This document shows positions 1-7,652 of a stretch of DNA of 32,000 bases, one piece after another (positions within the stretch are counted from its first letter, which is position 1; the number at the start of each line of letters is the position of its first letter). Where the stretch lies: contig NZ_CP147990.1 of NCBI RefSeq assembly GCF_037902255.1, forward strand, positions 3,660,001 through 3,692,000. Direction: 5' to 3'. The notes under the pieces were generated by a model. That model ran no database searches, was not told the DNA's origin, and worked only from the letters and a program-made list of their open reading frames with translations. The position numbers were made by a program, and so were the translations under genes. The DNA is from Candidatus Electrothrix sp. GW3-4 (GTDB lineage Bacteria; Desulfobacterota; Desulfobulbia; Desulfobulbales; Desulfobulbaceae).

Positions 1-148
1 ACCAAATAAGTGCCCCTGTATCATTCAGCGTATACAGTTCATCCATAGAGGCAAGCTCTCCTGAAATAGGTACCAGCAAAGTCTCATCCATCACTTTACG
101 TGTAACTATATTATCAGCCTTTCTGTATATACTATCTAACCTCACCAC
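1..148 (-). CDS. PqqD-family (RiPP-recognition-element-like) small protein; 5' part only, runs off the left window edge
   Basis: My own minus-strand translation from GTG at 148 (or 145) gives VVRLDSIYRKADNIVTRKVMDETLLVPISGELASMDELYTLNDTGALIW... The pattern 'v.R.v.de.lLvp....l..lY.LNdtGa.IW' is the hallmark N-terminal half of PqqD/RRE proteins. An in-frame TGA at 196-194 bounds it upstream. It is absent from the ORF track because the window truncates it. Confidence 0.45.
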   Translation of the reverse strand, partial: MVRLDSIYRKADNIVTRKVMDETLLVPISGELASMDELYTLNDTGALIW

Positions 149-222
149 ATCATTCTCATCAATAACAATCAGATAAAGAAAGGCGAAGATATCTCATCTC
201 CGCCGGTTGATCGACGTCAGTT

Positions 223-3200
223 TTAGCGCTGAATCACAGTAGCAGGATCACCAAGAAGGTTGTAAACATCCAATAAATAGCGATCATCCCTCTGATCGCC
301 ACATTGATCAGCATAATACTGTTTTCCCGACACGATGGCATCGCCGAGACTGGGATTTATTGGGTCCAAAAAGCTTCGATAAAACCCTTCAGACATTGTG
401 TACGATGCATGATTCCTCACCATACCTGTGGCCCCGTAAAAAGCGCTTGCGGCACCACCAGCCTTTAGTAGCGCTGTTTCGCCTATACTATTTATCGTAG
501 GGTAACCAAAGCTTGCAGATCCACAGGAGGCACTGAACATGAGCATAGGGTTGCCTATCTCCTGCATATCCTCAATTTCACTCGCAGTCAAGAGATACTT
601 ACCATGACGTCCATACGCCGTCATAGTACTATGCCCTATATAATGCATAATACCTGAGCCTTGCTGCATCGCTTCAACAATCTGCCCACGGACACTACTT
701 AACGGCTGTGTCTCTGCGGAAAGACGATTGACCGTAAAATATGGGGACATCAAAGCGGCAACTTTATCCGCAGCAGCCTCAAAGTCTCCGACACTTGGAT
801 CTGCCCTATCCGTGATCAGCGTCAATTCAGTACTCTTATTATGGCGATTCTCTTCATAGAAGATCAATTTACTGATAAAAGAGTCAAGCTCTCGGCTGTT
901 ATACGCCGGAATCCTCCCAAGAGCAAACTCTGGAATTTTATCATCACCAATAACATCTGCAAAGAAATTATCACTTGGAAGAAAACCAACCGGAGTCTGT
1001 ACAAGGACACTGGGGACCTGAGGATATCCATAGTCTAGATAGTTTTGATAGTCGTAAGAACCTACCCCTATCAAGGTAATATATCGAGGCACTCTTGACC
1101 ATTTTTCAGAGACATAAGCAAGGAAGTCATGCACGGCCTCAGGTGCAAGCAAACCATAGCTGAATTCATCCTGAATGTCCTCAATATCAACGAGCATTGT
1201 TGTCATTCCCTGAGAAGCTCTATATTCGGCAAGACGTTTCGCTGAATCCATCAAGCCCAAGGAGGTGATAATGACATAGTCAGCCTGATTATCCTCATTG
1301 CGTAAATATGATATCGTATCAACAACGTGGATTTCACCAGAAATAGTTGAGTCGATATTCTCCGTGATATAATAATTAGATCCCGGCTCTGTCAAGATTG
1401 TAACGTTATATTCGCCAACCTGATTTTTGCCAATAAGAGGGCGTAATCGACGAGGAGTGAATGGATCTGTCACATCAAGAGCCAATACCGTGCCACGAGT
1501 AAAACCTTCTACAGTAACTTGATTATATCCGCCGTCATTGAAGAACAACTCTCCGTCAACGGCTTGGTATGCACGGTTATAATCCAGCCCTATAGACTCA
1601 AGATAAACAACCGAATATTGGACATTCCTATTCAGACGTGAGATCAGAGTTACTTTATTATCATCCTCATTAAGCTGGTCAGCAGAAACCTCAGCGCTAA
1701 ATTGATAATCTCCCTTTTCCGACCATTCCGCCGTGCCTATTTTATTCTCATTGAGGAGGATATCCACCTTGAATGAATCAGCACTACCGTAATTCTCATA
1801 TTCGACACCAACCAAATCCACTGTCAGTATAGCTGTTCCGCTCCCTGTCATATATGGCGCATCAATAGAGTATGGCCCAGAAGTGGTATCCTTACCATAG
1901 GCAAGGATGCGAGCCCACGCCCAAAGGTCTTTAACCGGCGTGTCAATATAAATATGGAAAGGGGCACCATTTTCTTCAACCCGATTCTGCGCGAAAAATG
2001 ACTGCACATCGCTCGCGGCCTCATCGGGAACCCCAGGGGCATTTTTCATTTTAACACCCTTTTGTCCCAGCTGGAATCGATAGATATTCTGTCCAATATC
2101 TTTCCGTTTGGGAGCCTCTCCGTAAAACCAGAGACCAGAACCGCTATTGGCTGCCAACACGGGAACGGAGACGCCCTGTAAGGTCACCAGACATTTCCCG
2201 GATTTCAGATACTGCTCCACCTTCTTTTTCGGTAAGCCAGAGGCGGTGGCTAATTCACCAGCACTCAGATATACCAGTCCATTTTTGCTTACAGGTACTT
2301 TTAGTGTATTACCTGTTTTTTCTTTTTTCTTTGCAGCAGCGTTACGGACTGCTTTTTCATAAGCTGCAAATCGTTTAAGCTGTTTTTTGGTAAACTCCTC
2401 ATGCGCCAAAGTATATCCCTCCGGCCCATCAGCTGTCATCCGTTCATTCTCCGGCAATGGTTGCGTCGCCCGCACAGTGTACGGCCCTGAGGTCGTTCCC
2501 GAGTGATTCACTGCGACTTCAATCACGCGATAAGCATACTCCCTACCGACTTCTGCCTTTTTATCAACATAGCGATATATTCCACCATGCGGACTACTAA
2601 ACAGGCTGGGGAGTAACTCTTTGGTAACCGGTTCGTATCCACCAGTCTGTTCGTTCAATCGCTCCAAGAGAAAGCCTATGGTGCCCATTTCGCTTGCAGT
2701 TGTCCACTCCAACACGACCCTGTTGTTGTCATTTACATAGGCAGCAAATGAGCTGATCGATGCATAAGTAAAGCCCGTTTTCAGAACTTCCACTGAATCG
2801 GTATTTGAAGTAACAGAGGTTGTAGGATCAGAAGAGAGCGGTGCAGATGCAAAAGCAACATTCAGCACACCACCGTTCTTCACATCATCGGCAGTGACGG
2901 TATAAGACGCTGTACAGGTAAGTACTTCACCTGATTCTAATATATTAGCATAATTACCTATCGGATTACTACTGGTTACTGAAGGACAAGTAATGTTTGC
3001 AATTTTGTTATCGCTAATAACTACCGGGTCAATCAGATCAGCACCATTGTTTGTGACGACATAGTCATAGGTAATAATGTCACCGGCGGTATTGAAGGTG
3101 GATCCACCTGTACTAATACTGTTTACTTGCTTATCCAAGACAAGCTCTGATGTTTCATGCTGCGCTTCGCATATATCCAAGCCATCTGTGGCCGAACATG

Positions 3201-6200
3201 AATTTGATACCGTTGTGTCGTTCTCGTCTGTCCCCGAGACTGAAGCCCTATTAATGAAACCTGGTTCACTGACCGAGGCTGCACCAGAAACGCAGGTTTT
3301 TGTCTCGTATAGAAGGAGGCCTGTGCTTAACACGCTTTCACATCCTGAGACATCAATATCTGAATCTGTTAACGTAGCACTAGTAAGTGGGAGATCACCG
3401 GTATTCTCAACAACAAACCTGTAATACACATTCGGGTACGTTGAGCTTCCAGGAGGATCTGGAGTGACTGCCAAATAGTTAGTCCAGGGTCCACTCGCAG
3501 TGGGGCCTACCTGTTTAAGGAGATTGATTTTCGGCTCTTTTTCTTTAATCAGGAAATCAACCGATACACTGTTAGAACAAGTCTGCGTAGTATTCACCGT
3601 TGCTGTATTGGTCAATGACTGAGGAGCGGTAGTACCTGTTGGCGCAACGACATTGACAGAAAACGTACACTCTGCTCCTGGGGCTAAGCTTGCTCCTGCC
3701 AGACTGACAGTTGTCGAATCGGCGTTTGCGGTAATAGTCCCTCCACCGCACGCCCCTGTTAAGCCATTAGGGTTCGCAACCCGCAAACCTCCAGGCAGAT
3801 TATCCGTGAAATTAATCCCGGTCAGGGTTGTAGCTGTGTCTGGATTTCTTACCGAGAACGCCAGTTTCGTGGGGGTGGTGTCTCCAACAAATATGGGATT
3901 TGATCCGAAGGATTTACCGATAAGCGGTAAGGCTATCACCTGTAAATCCGCCTCGCCATAACCGCTGTCAGGATCAGGCGGAGGGGTTGTGTTCGGTCCC
4001 GTATCATCAGAGGTAATCGTACCGCTGACATTTTTGTACTGCCCGGCGGTGTTCCCGACAACATTAACGGCAATTGTACAATCTGCATTTGCAGAAAGGG
4101 TTGCCCCCCTTAATTCTATTAAGGATGTTCCTGCATCGGCTGTAAGAGTACCGCCTGAAAGACAAGAGGGCGTTGTTAAACCGTTCGGGTCAGCGATTGC
4201 CAAGCCAGTTGGCAAGGTGTCAGTAAAACCAACTCCTGTCAAATCAGAAGCATTGGGATTGGTAAGCGAAAAAGTAAGAGTTGAAACAGGCAGTGTAGGT
4301 GTACTCCCGTCAGTCTGGCAGATAGATGCGTCAGAAAACGCCTTCGTCAGGGTTGGATACTCAGGATACGGACAACCTTTAATAATAATATTATCAATAA
4401 GAAGAGTTGATCCAGACTTACTGCCACTGTCAATACTGATCCTAAACCATGTTTTACTGGCTCCGGTCGCGGCGGCTGGAATGTCACTCAATGATACCCA
4501 ATCGTCTTTAGATGCCTGGGGATACGTGCCATCCGGTAATTCATATACGGTGAAATTTATACCATCCGTACTGGACTTGATGAAAACATTACTATTAGGG
4601 TTGGCCCAGTCGCCATTACCATAAGGATTCACATCAAGACTGATCGTAACTCCGCCATAATTGCTCGTATCTATCTCAAATTGAAAATAATTATCCGACG
4701 AAGTGGCTGTTTCCGACCACCCAACATCCTTGGGGGTGCTCGGGGTTGGGGCTGTCCCTGCCCATGAATTTGCTGGATTTCCAATCGCGCTGATAATATT
4801 CTCACCAGACACAGTGACGTAACTCGCTGTCGCGTTTAAAACATCGGGGGCTTTCGTGGTGTACAAAGGAGGACCAGACCCTAGATTTGGCATAGTCCAC
4901 GTAGCAAGTGGTGCTGCGGGATCACATGTAGCTGGCGGTCTCGCACCAACCACCAACGTGTCTTCACCGTAGCTTCCGGTATCCGTACCGCCATTGATCT
5001 GTAAATTACTCGTGGTGTTCGTATAGCTTGGAGCGGTATCATCCGCCGTAATGACCACTGTAATGGTACATGTCCCATACCCGGCTACCGTAATACCGGA
5101 AAAATTAACTGCTACGTCTGCGTCATTGACTGTAGCCGGTGTCGGAGGAGTTGCAGAGGATTCTCCACAACCGCTGTAACCTACCGACTGATCACCGAAA
5201 ACCTCCATCCCGCTCGGCCAACTCGGATTTCCTGGTAGACCACCTACACCGTCATCATCGTCAAAAGCGACATCAGTTAACGGGTCGGAGCCCGGATTGG
5301 TGATCGTGAATGTCATTGTCGACGCACCACCGGGCAGAATAGTTTTTGGAGAAAAAGACTTGGTAATATTCGCTGTGACAATTTCAATATACCGCGTAGA
5401 AGCACTCCAGTCCGCATTGTAATGATAACTGCTGCCGGAAAAATCATAGATCAAGGTTTGAATAGGCTCAGGATTGACCAAGGGCGCGCCAGGCATCTGT
5501 AAGATCTTCACCTCATAAAGGATCTCAATATCCCCCCCGACCTTGCCTGTGGATAAACAGGAACGAAAATTTTCGCTTTCAAAATCATTCTCCCAAAGGC
5601 AGGCGTCACCGTAGAGCTTATCATTGGGGTTAGATACCGTACCTGAGGTGTCTGATGTATAGTCTGTTGCTACGGACAAGACCTGAAAAATCGTGTTCGG
5701 AATATTAATAAAGGACTCAAGTTGCTCATAGCCCTGGGTAGCAGTCGTACCGACCAACTTAATATAATAGGTCTCCCCCACCATCATGGTCAGGGTCCCA
5801 CCGGGTTCTACCGAGGTTAAGCTCGCTGGCTCTGTCCCGTACCAGACTTCGTCAGTCGAGTTACGATTCTGGGAAATCAGATGCTCTACATAGAGCTCGC
5901 GCACCTCGGAAGAATATGGTCCGCTATATTCATCGGATGCGACATTGACATGATATAGGCGTGTTTGATCATATGGCTCCAAGTCACGATCGACTTGCAC
6001 CTCGTAATAAAAATCCGTACACGCGTCAGCAGCCAAGGAAGCTACGGACAGGGTCTGCAACGTACCGGGACGGAGATAAATCTCACTGTCTGTCGCTGTC
6101 CCTCCGCTATCCCATACAAACTTTGCTGTTACATTTTCCTGGTCGACTCCGGTATTATTACAGACCCTTACCCCAACCGGGAACTGATTCGGCCCGGTCT

Positions 6201-6417
6201 GCGGATCATTACTATCTAAGCCGATAACATCCCAGGTGATCGGCGTGACAGAGAACTCAGCCGCAAACGCCGACTGCTGTACCAATAGTCCGGCCAATAG
6301 AACCATTATACCGATCAGCCAAGTAGCTGAACGATGCCTAAGGCAAAATCTTTTGCCCCCCTTTCCCCTTCTTGCAATAAGCATTACATCGCCTACTGAG
6401 TCTCTATTTTTCTCCAT
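223..6417 (-). CDS. Giant secreted/cell-surface protein (2064 aa): signal peptide, DUF11-type and related beta-sandwich repeats, C-terminal peptidase C25 (gingipain-like) domain
   Basis: Uninterrupted 2064-codon ORF with a GGAG-containing SD just upstream of the ATG at 6417 (minus strand reads tgatGAGGAGagggtgctATG). The N-terminus has a basic n-region, a hydrophobic core and an AFA/AE cleavage-like site. Three ~120-aa repeats follow the pattern 'K(S/A)F...LTF(T/S).TNP...LTG(V/I).FTD.LP.GL...CT..V.V', and two units look like the 'conserved repeat domain' (LLKQV.., LDKQVN..). The last ~355 aa (nt 226-1290) follow the C25 layout: DYVIITS..., RYITLIGVGS, HYIGHS (His codon 631-633), FSASCGSA (Cys codon 523-525). 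Confidence 0.9.
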   Translation of the reverse strand: MEKNRDSVGDVMLIARRGKGGKRFCLRHRSATWLIGIMVLLAGLLVQQSAFAAEFSVTPITWDVIGLDSNDPQTGPNQFPVGVRVCNNTGVDQENVTAKFVWDSGGTATDSEIYLRPGTLQTLSVASLAADACTDFYYEVQVDRDLEPYDQTRLYHVNVASDEYSGPYSSEVRELYVEHLISQNRNSTDEVWYGTEPASLTSVEPGGTLTMMVGETYYIKLVGTTATQGYEQLESFINIPNTIFQVLSVATDYTSDTSGTVSNPNDKLYGDACLWENDFESENFRSCLSTGKVGGDIEILYEVKILQMPGAPLVNPEPIQTLIYDFSGSSYHYNADWSASTRYIEIVTANITKSFSPKTILPGGASTMTFTITNPGSDPLTDVAFDDDDGVGGLPGNPSWPSGMEVFGDQSVGYSGCGESSATPPTPATVNDADVAVNFSGITVAGYGTCTITVVITADDTAPSYTNTTSNLQINGGTDTGSYGEDTLVVGARPPATCDPAAPLATWTMPNLGSGPPLYTTKAPDVLNATASYVTVSGENIISAIGNPANSWAGTAPTPSTPKDVGWSETATSSDNYFQFEIDTSNYGGVTISLDVNPYGNGDWANPNSNVFIKSSTDGINFTVYELPDGTYPQASKDDWVSLSDIPAAATGASKTWFRISIDSGSKSGSTLLIDNIIIKGCPYPEYPTLTKAFSDASICQTDGSTPTLPVSTLTFSLTNPNASDLTGVGFTDTLPTGLAIADPNGLTTPSCLSGGTLTADAGTSLIELRGATLSANADCTIAVNVVGNTAGQYKNVSGTITSDDTGPNTTPPPDPDSGYGEADLQVIALPLIGKSFGSNPIFVGDTTPTKLAFSVRNPDTATTLTGINFTDNLPGGLRVANPNGLTGACGGGTITANADSTTVSLAGASLAPGAECTFSVNVVAPTGTTAPQSLTNTATVNTTQTCSNSVSVDFLIKEKEPKINLLKQVGPTASGPWTNYLAVTPDPPGSSTYPNVYYRFVVENTGDLPLTSATLTDSDIDVSGCESVLSTGLLLYETKTCVSGAASVSEPGFINRASVSGTDENDTTVSNSCSATDGLDICEAQHETSELVLDKQVNSISTGGSTFNTAGDIITYDYVVTNNGADLIDPVVISDNKIANITCPSVTSSNPIGNYANILESGEVLTCTASYTVTADDVKNGGVLNVAFASAPLSSDPTTSVTSNTDSVEVLKTGFTYASISSFAAYVNDNNRVVLEWTTASEMGTIGFLLERLNEQTGGYEPVTKELLPSLFSSPHGGIYRYVDKKAEVGREYAYRVIEVAVNHSGTTSGPYTVRATQPLPENERMTADGPEGYTLAHEEFTKKQLKRFAAYEKAVRNAAAKKKEKTGNTLKVPVSKNGLVYLSAGELATASGLPKKKVEQYLKSGKCLVTLQGVSVPVLAANSGSGLWFYGEAPKRKDIGQNIYRFQLGQKGVKMKNAPGVPDEAASDVQSFFAQNRVEENGAPFHIYIDTPVKDLWAWARILAYGKDTTSGPYSIDAPYMTGSGTAILTVDLVGVEYENYGSADSFKVDILLNENKIGTAEWSEKGDYQFSAEVSADQLNEDDNKVTLISRLNRNVQYSVVYLESIGLDYNRAYQAVDGELFFNDGGYNQVTVEGFTRGTVLALDVTDPFTPRRLRPLIGKNQVGEYNVTILTEPGSNYYITENIDSTISGEIHVVDTISYLRNEDNQADYVIITSLGLMDSAKRLAEYRASQGMTTMLVDIEDIQDEFSYGLLAPEAVHDFLAYVSEKWSRVPRYITLIGVGSYDYQNYLDYGYPQVPSVLVQTPVGFLPSDNFFADVIGDDKIPEFALGRIPAYNSRELDSFISKLIFYEENRHNKSTELTLITDRADPSVGDFEAAADKVAALMSPYFTVNRLSAETQPLSSVRGQIVEAMQQGSGIMHYIGHSTMTAYGRHGKYLLTASEIEDMQEIGNPMLMFSASCGSASFGYPTINSIGETALLKAGGAASAFYGATGMVRNHASYTMSEGFYRSFLDPINPSLGDAIVSGKQYYADQCGDQRDDRYLLDVYNLLGDPATVIQR

Positions 6418-6571
6418 AGCACCCTCTCCTCATCACCTATCTTAACCATATTACGAAATATGCTATTTTTTCCTGACTCTAATTTTCTCCCTGCCAGACA
6501 GGAAAAAAACAGCACTATACATTCCCACTAAATAATCCTTCTTTTCAGAGGAAAAAACAACAGTGGAAAAG

Positions 6572-6589
6572 AGGGTACTAAAAGGGTAC
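6572..6589. promoter_or_regulatory. Tandem direct repeat AGGGTAC-N4-AGGGTAC (11-bp phasing) in the divergent intergenic region; candidate regulator-binding site
   Basis: AGGGTAC occurs at 6572-6578 and again at 6583-6589, one helical turn apart. It lies in the 328-bp gap between the giant-protein gene (-) and the response-regulator gene (+). No protein is known to bind it; this rests on the pattern only. Confidence 0.2.
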
Positions 6590-6745
6590 AAAATACACCC
6601 AACAAGCGCCTATTACCCCAGCGAAACAGTATTATTTTTTAAACTTCACCCAGGCCAACGTACAACTTTTAACACAAAAGCATCTTCTCCCAAAAAATGA
6701 TAGCTGCAAGCTGCTCCCAAAAACAGGGCAAAAAAGAGGGAAAGA

Positions 6746-7624
6746 ATGAAGAGATTAAAGCAGTACGTCACAACCCCAGCAGAAGTACTGATCATTGACG
6801 ACGACGACACCCTGCTTCTTACAACAAAATTGGTTATAGAAGCGGAGGGCCATCACGTCAGGACCGCCAAGAACGGCGTCGATGGATTAGGCATGGTGCA
6901 ACAACAGGTACCAGATATTATTATTCTGGATCTTATGATGCCAGGAATGGATGGATTTGCCGTCTGTCAACAACTCAAAAACGATCCAATCTCGCAGAAT
7001 ATTCCTGTTATCTTTCTCAGTAGCCATGATACAGCGGAAGAAAAGGTCAAGGCCTTTGAAGTAGGAGGGATCGACTATCTTGTGAAACCGTACAGCAGAC
7101 TTGAACTCCTTATCCGTCTGCACACCCATCTCGCTCTCCAGCACATTCAGGATGGGCTGACGTTACAAGTTAAAAAACGAACAGAAGAACTCGAGGAGAA
7201 AAACCACGAGCTTGAGGAGACCAACCTTGTCCTCAAACGTCTCATCCACGAAATTGAACAAGAAAAAGTGGAAATCAACCGCATTATGCACTTCAATATT
7301 GAGCGCCTCATTCTCCCTGATCTCGCCAGAATGGCCGAGGCTCCTGCCCAACAACGCTACCAGCTTAAAGATACTATCCAGACCAACTTGCTTGATCTCG
7401 CAAGCCCAGTGACCGGTGAGCATCACGATATGTACCTCCTTCTCACGCCGACTGAATTACGGATCCTGAACCTCATCCGTCAGGGACGTTCCAGCAAGGA
7501 GATTGCCCAGGCCCTGAATATATCTCCTCAAACAGTGGCAACCCACCGAAAAAAAATAAGAAAAAAACTCCATATTTCCGGAACAAAGATCAACCTCACC
7601 TCCTTTATCAACCGATCAGAGTGA
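6746..7624 (+). CDS. Response regulator: REC domain, long coiled-coil linker, LuxR/FixJ-type HTH
   Basis: REC motifs are present: acidic pocket VLIIDDDD, phospho-acceptor context IIILDLMMPGMDG, and DYLVKP (conserved Lys). A heptad-like linker reads KKRTEELEEKNHELEETNLVLKRLIHEIEQEK. The C-terminal LuxR HTH is LTPTELRILNLIRQGRSSKEIAQALNISPQTVATHRKKIRKKL. SD GAGGG lies upstream of the ATG. Confidence 0.9.
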   Translation: MKRLKQYVTTPAEVLIIDDDDTLLLTTKLVIEAEGHHVRTAKNGVDGLGMVQQQVPDIIILDLMMPGMDGFAVCQQLKNDPISQNIPVIFLSSHDTAEEKVKAFEVGGIDYLVKPYSRLELLIRLHTHLALQHIQDGLTLQVKKRTEELEEKNHELEETNLVLKRLIHEIEQEKVEINRIMHFNIERLILPDLARMAEAPAQQRYQLKDTIQTNLLDLASPVTGEHHDMYLLLTPTELRILNLIRQGRSSKEIAQALNISPQTVATHRKKIRKKLHISGTKINLTSFINRSE

Positions 7625-7652
7625 CCTCGCCTGATTGCCCTCAACCGAGCCT

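Noticed and set aside
2147-4624. Plus-strand ORFs within the giant gene (for example 3989-4624, 211 aa; 3077-3424; 3653-3961)
   Set aside because: They are antisense to the 2064-codon ORF, whose repeats and C25 domain are coherent. No independent signals (SD, motifs) support them.
6478-6496. TGGCAG on the minus strand upstream of the giant gene, checked as a sigma54 -24 element
   Set aside because: No TTGC-type -12 element follows at the required 4-5 nt spacing (the sequence reads TGGCAGggagaaaatt). It does not fit the -24/-12 consensus.
7549-7567. A8 and A7 homopolymer runs inside the response-regulator gene, considered as phase-variation tracts
   Set aside because: They simply encode the basic KKIRKK helix of the LuxR HTH. 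The tracts are short, and nothing in the sequence indicates slippage.
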